Shown in pieces: positions 58,386 to 64,000 of a stretch of DNA of 64,000 bases (its first letter is position 1; the number at the start of each line of letters is the position of its first letter). The notes below the pieces were generated by a model, which was not told where the DNA came from, did no database searches, and saw only the letters and a list, made by a program, of their open reading frames with translations. The position numbers and the translations under genes are program-made. This DNA is from Deferribacterales bacterium (GTDB lineage: Bacteria > Chrysiogenota > Deferribacteres > Deferribacterales > Geovibrionaceae): NCBI GenBank assembly GCA_050251875.1, contig JBFWMA010000003.1, forward strand, positions 290,738 through 354,737, written 5' to 3'.

Positions 58386-60230
58386 ATGCCGTCGCCATTA
58401 ACTAATTACAGAATATTTATTGCATCACCGGGCGGACTGAGTGAGGAAAGAGAAATTTTTAGAAAAGTTATTGAGGAATATAATCATTCAGAAGCCAATC
58501 ATAGAAATATACACTTTACAGCAGTTTGTTGGGAATACACTCTTGGGGGTGTTAGACGCCCACAGGAAAAGATTAATCAAGAACTAAAGGAGTGTGATTA
58601 CTGTATATTAGTACTGCATGACAGATGGGGACAGGTGCCAACCAGAGAGGACGATGAACAAAAATATAGTGCTGGAACAGAAGAGGAATATCACGTTGCT
58701 CTAGAGTGCCTAAAAGATCCAAAATATGAAATGAAAGATATAATATTATTTTTTAAATCGGTAGATGACAGGCAGTTAAGTGACCCTGGTGAACAGCTTA
58801 AGAAGGTAATAGAATTTAAGAAGAAAATAGAAAAAGAAAAAGCAATCTTATATGATACTTTCGATACTCCACAAGCATTTAAAGATTCCTTGTTAAAGTA
58901 TCTGGCGCGTTGGGTTCGTGATGCGGAGGATACTGATCTTACACATGAAACTTTCAGAGTACAGAGAAGAATTTATAAAGGCGATTCTTCCCAAACATCT
59001 AAAAATGAACTTCTTCAGAAAGCAGAACAACTCGCTGAAGAAGGTAAGATATTTGAGGCTGAGCTTGCTTTTTCAATTTTAGCTGTTCGAAAAGATGATC
59101 CTTTGGCGTTATGTAAATATGGGCGTTTGTTAAGAAAAACAGGACAGTATGATAAATCTAAATCTATCCTTGAAGAAGCTATTAACTTATCAAGTAAGTT
59201 TGATAATTTTCATGCTAAAGCCTACTCCTTGAGACAATTAGGTAAAATCTTTGAATCAAAGGGGGATATGCAAAAAGCAAAAGAAACTCTCTACCAAGCG
59301 CTTGCAATAACAAAAGAAATTGATGAGTGGGAAGAGGAGGGTAAGGTTTTGAGAACTTTAGCTTCTATTGCAAGAAAAGAGGGTCACAATAAAGAAGCAG
59401 AAAGTTTGTTGAAAAGAGCTCTTGCAATTTACGACTTAAAGAATGATGTAAGTGGCAAGGCTACAGTTTTCGGACATCTTGGATTGTTATACAGAACAAA
59501 AGGTTTTTATGGTGAAGCAATAAAGCAATATAAGGCATCATTGGATGAGCATATGAAACTTGAAGACAGTCACGCTATCGCTATTGTCAAAGGGAATCTT
59601 GGTGTAGCTTGTAGGACCATTGGAGAATTGGATGATGCTTACAAGTATCATCATGATGCTCTCGAATATTTCAAATCGACACAAATAATACAGGGGATGT
59701 CCAGAGAGTTGAGCAATTTAGGGATTATTCATCGAGAAAGGAAAGAGTATGAGAAAGCGACAGCATACTTTAAGCAAGCTTTGTCTACTTCAGAACAACT
59801 AGGGAATAAGCAAGGAATAGCTATACAGTATGGTAATTTAGGATCTATAGCTAAGCTAAATGGTGACTTAGATAAAGCTGAAGACTATTTCAATAAGGCA
59901 TTATCAATGAGCGAAGAAACTAACAGTGATCGTGGGATTGCATCAAATTATGAAAGACTTGGAGTGTTGTATATGGATATTGGGAGGTTGGATTCATCTC
60001 TCCAGATGTTACTAAAAGCTCTCCAGTATAATCAAAAAATTGATTCAACTTATGGGGAATATAATGTTAACAAGGAACTTGGTAACTTGTTTTGTATAAA
60101 GAAGGAATCCGATAGTGCTAGAAATTATTATGAAAGAGCACTCACTCTCGCAAATTCGCTTAAATTAGAAAAAGAGCTTTCAGATATAAAGGACAAGCTC
60201 CAAAAAGTTTCAGAAGGGTGTGCAGGTTAG
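58386..60230 (+). CDS. DUF4062 (TIR/NDT-like fold) plus TPR-repeat protein, AT-rich
   Basis: RIFIASPG.L.EER, CDYCILVL.DRWG, SAGTEEEY; about ten TPR units (GNLG, SNLG, AL...); clearly AT-richer than its flanks. Confidence 0.85.
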   Translation: MPSPLTNYRIFIASPGGLSEEREIFRKVIEEYNHSEANHRNIHFTAVCWEYTLGGVRRPQEKINQELKECDYCILVLHDRWGQVPTREDDEQKYSAGTEEEYHVALECLKDPKYEMKDIILFFKSVDDRQLSDPGEQLKKVIEFKKKIEKEKAILYDTFDTPQAFKDSLLKYLARWVRDAEDTDLTHETFRVQRRIYKGDSSQTSKNELLQKAEQLAEEGKIFEAELAFSILAVRKDDPLALCKYGRLLRKTGQYDKSKSILEEAINLSSKFDNFHAKAYSLRQLGKIFESKGDMQKAKETLYQALAITKEIDEWEEEGKVLRTLASIARKEGHNKEAESLLKRALAIYDLKNDVSGKATVFGHLGLLYRTKGFYGEAIKQYKASLDEHMKLEDSHAIAIVKGNLGVACRTIGELDDAYKYHHDALEYFKSTQIIQGMSRELSNLGIIHRERKEYEKATAYFKQALSTSEQLGNKQGIAIQYGNLGSIAKLNGDLDKAEDYFNKALSMSEETNSDRGIASNYERLGVLYMDIGRLDSSLQMLLKALQYNQKIDSTYGEYNVNKELGNLFCIKKESDSARNYYERALTLANSLKLEKELSDIKDKLQKVSEGCAG

Positions 60231-60305
60231 GAGTTAGGCACAAATAAGGCGCACTCCAAAATCAGCGGCTACAACTTGTTCGTAAATTAGCTGATTAAAA
60301 TTTTT

Positions 60306-60401
60306 TGGCGGAGGCGCACAGGAATCGAACCTGCCTGACGCACAAGTACGTCACAGTCGGTTTTGAAGACCGCGGGGGGCACCAGCCGCCCAAACACCTC
60401 C
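60306..60401 (-). tRNA. selC: tRNA-Sec (UCA)
   Basis: Minus strand GGAGGTGT...GCGGT-CTTCAAA-ACCG...long variable arm...GGTTCGATTCC...GCGCCTCC-G-CCA. 8-bp acceptor stem, TCA anticodon, 96 nt. Confidence 0.95.
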
Positions 60402-60410
60402 GGAATGTAT

Positions 60411-60824
60411 CTAGGCTATCAGCCCTCTGATCTTCTCCGCCAGAGCGCCCATCTCGTCAAAGCCGGAATATTCGGCGTGTCTGGTGGCAAATTTCAGTCC
60501 GTCATCTTTGAATCTGGGTATCACATGCAGGTGAGAGTGAAAAACCTCCTGTCCCGCTTCAGCTCCGTTGTTCTGAACCACGTTCACGGCATCGCATCCG
60601 GTGGCTTCTTTAACAGCTTTTGCCACCTTCGCCGTAACAGCGTATATAGCCTGTGATTCTTCCGCCGGAGTGTCGAATATATTTACAAAGTGCTTTTTCG
60701 GCACGATAAGAGCGTGTCCCTTGTGAACAGGTCTGATATCCAGAAAGCCGATGAACAGCCCGTCTTCATAAATTTTGCTGCAAGGAATTTCCCCCGCCAC
60801 TATTTTACAGAAAATACAGTCCAT
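60411..60824 (-). CDS. HIT family hydrolase
   Basis: DCIFCKI, GHALIVPKKH, HSHLH triad; GGAGG RBS before ATG 60824. Confidence 0.93.
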   Translation of the reverse strand: MDCIFCKIVAGEIPCSKIYEDGLFIGFLDIRPVHKGHALIVPKKHFVNIFDTPAEESQAIYAVTAKVAKAVKEATGCDAVNVVQNNGAEAGQEVFHSHLHVIPRFKDDGLKFATRHAEYSGFDEMGALAEKIRGLIA

Positions 60825-60900
60825 GACTTTCACCTCCTTAATAGAGCGGGTATTTTAGCATTTTCGCGTCTGAAAACAAGAAATAAACTGTAACTATCTG

Positions 60901-60929
60901 TTGAAAAGGTCATAAAATCTTTCTATACT
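60901..60929 (+). promoter_or_regulatory. Putative sigma-70 promoter of the signalling operon
   Basis: TTGAAA-17-TATACT. Confidence 0.55.
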
Positions 60930-60955
60930 TAGAAAATTAGTAAGGATGGTCAGCC

Positions 60956-61543
60956 ATGTCAACGCCCGGAAGACTTGAACATCAGCTGGATGTCACCTAC
61001 AGATATTTTTCTCATCACATACGCACATGCACTTCTGTGGTTGTTGCCATGCTGGATGTGGTGGCGGAGGGGCTTACAGACGACTCCATGACCGCTATGA
61101 TTATGGAATCCGGCTATCTGCTGGATATCTATGACAGGGGCATGAGCGTCTGCTTCAACCATATCCTGGGAAAAGCTCACGAAGCCGAGATCGAGAAGGT
61201 CGATATAGGTCACCTGCTGGAACTCTACATAAAAAACGCCGTGTCCGAAGAGACGCCGGCTGAGATTATACACAACATAGAGGGCATGCATCTGCGATGC
61301 GACGCTTATTCATTTAAAAGTATTTTTCAGATACTCTGCCAGGAGGGTTTGTCCTCCGCAAAAAAACAACTGAGGATACAGCGCAGCGGCAGCACGCTAT
61401 CTATAAGCCCGGACAATGGATTTAACGAAGTACAGCAGATATTCGACATATTTGCTGAAGTGCTGAAAAAATCCGGAATAATAATGGAGTTCGATAAAAC
61501 TTCTATAACTCTGAGGTTTACAGATGAAAGTATTAATAGCTGA
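60956..61543 (+). CDS. Hypothetical protein, degenerate histidine-kinase-like (DHp plus eroded ATPase)
   Basis: FSHHIRT resembles an H-box; no intact N/G boxes; coupled to a response regulator. Confidence 0.6.
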   Translation: MSTPGRLEHQLDVTYRYFSHHIRTCTSVVVAMLDVVAEGLTDDSMTAMIMESGYLLDIYDRGMSVCFNHILGKAHEAEIEKVDIGHLLELYIKNAVSEETPAEIIHNIEGMHLRCDAYSFKSIFQILCQEGLSSAKKQLRIQRSGSTLSISPDNGFNEVQQIFDIFAEVLKKSGIIMEFDKTSITLRFTDESINS

Positions 61544-61880
61544 CGATGAGCTTCGTCTGCGAAAGGTTGTTTCGCTCCACCTGAAGAAGAGCGGATTTGA
61601 CGTATATGAAGCAGGCAACGGACAGCAGGCGGTGGACATGGCGAAGGACATATCGCCGGATGTCATCGTGCTGGATGTTATGATGCCGGAGAAGACCGGG
61701 CTGGAGGCCTGCGCGGAGCTGAAAGGCACTGACATGTTTAAAGACACCCCGGTCATCCTGCTCACCGCTATGGCTGAGAGCGAAGATATCAAAAAAGGCA
61801 AAGAGGCTGGAGCGGACGAATACCTTACCAAGCCGTTCAGCCCTAAAGAACTTATAGACATGATAAAAAGCAGGTTCTAA
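61524..61880 (+). CDS. Single-domain response regulator
   Basis: LIADDE, LDVMMP, LLTA, KPF. Confidence 0.93.
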   Translation: MKVLIADDELRLRKVVSLHLKKSGFDVYEAGNGQQAVDMAKDISPDVIVLDVMMPEKTGLEACAELKGTDMFKDTPVILLTAMAESEDIKKGKEAGADEYLTKPFSPKELIDMIKSRF

Positions 61881-62974
61881 TGAAGGTTCTCTTTATCGGA
61901 TCCGCAGAGAGCAGAGCGTTTTTTCAGAAGGCGCTCACAGGGCATGCCGAACTGACAGCGGACAAGAACGCGGATGCCTGTGTGGTGGAAGTTTCAGACG
62001 CTTCCACACTTTTTCGCCTGCCGAAGAAATTCGGCGTTCCCACATTCTTTTACATCACCAAAAAAGACAGACAGATTCTGGAAGCCCTGAAAGATTTTAA
62101 AATTACCGGGATTTTCTTTCCTCCTCTGAAGGAGGAAGACGTGGTGAAAAAGCTGACCGATGGACACAAACAGCCAGAAACAGCAAACGGCGGAGAATAT
62201 GACACTCTGAAAGCGAAAATAATAGCGAAGGCGGAGAATATCCCCCCTCTGCCCGCATTGGCAAGAGAGCTGGTGCGTCTCACACGCAACGACAAAACGA
62301 AAATGAAAGATTTCGTGGATCAGATAAAGAAGGATCAGGGGCTCAGCTCCCGCATTATAAAACTGGTTAACTCCCCTTTTTACGGACTTCGTCAGGAGAT
62401 ATCCAGCATAGACAGAGCCACTGTTCTGATGGGGCTCAACACAGTGAAAAACCTGGCTCTGGCGGTTTCCACCGAGTCATTTTACAATAAAAACTTCAGC
62501 CTGCTGAAAACAACAGGTCAGGAGATATGGCAGCACAGCTTCATGGTCGCCATGCTGTGCGAGGCGATAGGCAAGGCGGCGGGAGAGGACGAAGACGCTC
62601 TCTATCTCGCCGGGCTGATGCACGACATGGGGAAGACAGTTATCGTTGACTTTCTGGTGAAAGAGGCGGTGACTATAGAGGACGAGAGGGCTCAGCTGGG
62701 TACAGACCACTGCGCAGTGGGCGAGCTGGTTCTGACGAAATGGTCGGTGATAAAGAGCATCGCCGAAGCTGTGCGGGGTCATCACGAAAAAGGCAGGGAC
62801 AGATTCTCTCAGATACTCTATTTCGCCAACCAGATGCACAAGGCAAAGAATATCGAAGACGTGCACGATCTGATAGATGACTGCGCTCTGGCGATGGAGC
62901 TTCCTCCGGAGGCTATCAGCTCTGTGGTTCTGCCCATTCTGGAAACAGAGGAGGAAGAAGATGCAGCTTCCTGA
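61880..62974 (+). CDS. HDOD domain protein with a degenerate N-terminal receiver-like domain
   Basis: IPPLP, DQGL..RIIKLVNSPFYG, WQHS, AGLMHDMGK, HH. Confidence 0.9.
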   Translation: MKVLFIGSAESRAFFQKALTGHAELTADKNADACVVEVSDASTLFRLPKKFGVPTFFYITKKDRQILEALKDFKITGIFFPPLKEEDVVKKLTDGHKQPETANGGEYDTLKAKIIAKAENIPPLPALARELVRLTRNDKTKMKDFVDQIKKDQGLSSRIIKLVNSPFYGLRQEISSIDRATVLMGLNTVKNLALAVSTESFYNKNFSLLKTTGQEIWQHSFMVAMLCEAIGKAAGEDEDALYLAGLMHDMGKTVIVDFLVKEAVTIEDERAQLGTDHCAVGELVLTKWSVIKSIAEAVRGHHEKGRDRFSQILYFANQMHKAKNIEDVHDLIDDCALAMELPPEAISSVVLPILETEEEEDAAS

Positions 62975-64000
62975 CAGGATGCTGGAGACACTTTTTACAT
63001 CCGGCGTTCAGGATCTTTTTCACGGACTCAGAGAACTTCTGGAAGCGAAATGGTTCGTTCCGTTCACCATATGGCAGACAGAATCGAATATCTGCTCACC
63101 CGTCACAGGACATTATAAAAACGCCGAAGGACGTTATGACATCCACGATATGGGATATGACGGCAGGGCATGCAACAGAAACACCATCGTTCTCGAGTTC
63201 TTCGATGAGCGGATAGAAAATAAATGCACCGTATTTTTCACATACATGGGAGGCGTTTACGGCGCCGTCACATTTCACGAAACACCTGAGGAGAGTCAGC
63301 TCTGCTGTCTGGAAAACGTCAGCGGATATCTGGGTCAGCGTCTGGCGGAGCTGGTAGCCAGAGAGCGCAACATCAACGTATATGTGGACTATCAGAAAAA
63401 ACTGGAATTCGTGAAGCAGAGCAGCAGGATACTCCGGGCGGTGGAACTGGACGAAGTGGTGGCTATGGCTCTCACTTTCTTCATGGATGTTTTCAGCGCA
63501 GAGGCGGGATGCGTTCTTCATGGTGACGATTTCAAGGGATTCGGGATAGAGACGGACGATATCAAAAAACATATTACCATCTCCGACATGTCCGCCTATG
63601 ACTATGCGGTGAAGACCGGATTCACAGAATTTGTCGAGGAACATATAGAGTGTTCCAAGTTCAACATAGATAACGTCTTTATCATTTTTGAAGAGACCAA
63701 TAATATTCATATTCTGCTTTTCAACATACACTTTGACGTGATACCGGATAAGGAGTTCTCCGAGCTGGTATCGTCCATCGTTTCCACGGCTGTGGAAAAC
63801 GCCGTCTATCACCAAAAGATGACAAAGCTGAAAGTTCAGGAATCGGAAATGACCGCCACGGGCGAGATTCTGAACAAATTTGTTTCTCAGAGGATTTCCG
63901 CCGACAGAAATTTCAGCATCGAGGGGATCAACTTCCCAGCGCGTTCCGCCGGGGGCGACTATCTGCTGGCTAAGGACACTGACGAAGGCACTTTCTTCTG
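62961..64000 (+). CDS. GAF-like plus SpoIIE/PP2C phosphatase (runs off right edge)
   Basis: Not in the ORF track. Manual translation from ATG 62961: MQLPDRMLETLF...AVENAVYH...INFPARSAGGDYL, the start of a PP2C/RsbU domain. Confidence 0.8.
   Translation, partial: MQLPDRMLETLFTSGVQDLFHGLRELLEAKWFVPFTIWQTESNICSPVTGHYKNAEGRYDIHDMGYDGRACNRNTIVLEFFDERIENKCTVFFTYMGGVYGAVTFHETPEESQLCCLENVSGYLGQRLAELVARERNINVYVDYQKKLEFVKQSSRILRAVELDEVVAMALTFFMDVFSAEAGCVLHGDDFKGFGIETDDIKKHITISDMSAYDYAVKTGFTEFVEEHIECSKFNIDNVFIIFEETNNIHILLFNIHFDVIPDKEFSELVSSIVSTAVENAVYHQKMTKLKVQESEMTATGEILNKFVSQRISADRNFSIEGINFPARSAGGDYLLAKDTDEGTFF

Noticed and set aside
60231..60300. GTTAGGC (attC core-like) and an AATCAGC/GCTGATT inverted repeat between the TPR gene and selC
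   Set aside because: No matching RYYYAAC inverse core and no integron integrase; the repeat is short and could be a weak terminator or att remnant.
46600..60305. A large selC-anchored genomic island bounded by direct repeats
   Set aside because: I saw no duplicate of the tRNA 3' end and no integrase by eye; only 58082-60305 shows a clear compositional shift.
1..64000. CRISPR arrays, rRNA, IS elements, prophage genes
   Set aside because: No regularly spaced repeats, rRNA-like tracts, transposase/integrase motifs or phage structural genes were seen; nearly all sequence is explained by CDSs.

Overview
Ordinary-looking chromosomal window from an anaerobic Gram-negative bacterium of about 50% GC. 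Gene content and the AHQWRQPL-type kinases suggest Deferribacterales, which is an inference. Left to right: a truncated ClC channel; a SAM-I riboswitch-controlled metY-metX-methyltransferase operon; fmt-DUF116-htpX-rsmB-O-antigen ligase; a PA2779/PA2778 pair; two tandem EF-hand paralogues; three orphan sensor kinases; two GGDEF proteins; DAHP synthase; a TetR-RND efflux operon; a CCG/Ada-like/racemase operon; a split-Soret-like cytochrome plus cytochrome b with a divergent LysR; pecS/pecM; a polyamine-type ABC transporter with a PHP hydrolase, divergent from an aminoethylphosphonate cluster (ABC transporter, PhnX-PbfA fusion, PhnW); an NlpC/P60 lipoprotein; a two-gene locus resembling a split vitellogenin/MTP-type lipid transfer protein; an AT-rich DUF4062-TPR gene next to tRNA-Sec; HIT; and a pseudo-kinase/REC/HDOD/PP2C operon running off the right edge. 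No CRISPR, rRNA, integrase or transposase was seen. All family calls come from reading motifs by eye; no database search was run. Best novelty candidates are the split lipid-transfer-like pair (54465-58081), the PhnX-PbfA fusion, the split-Soret/cytochrome b module and the selC-linked DUF4062-TPR gene.
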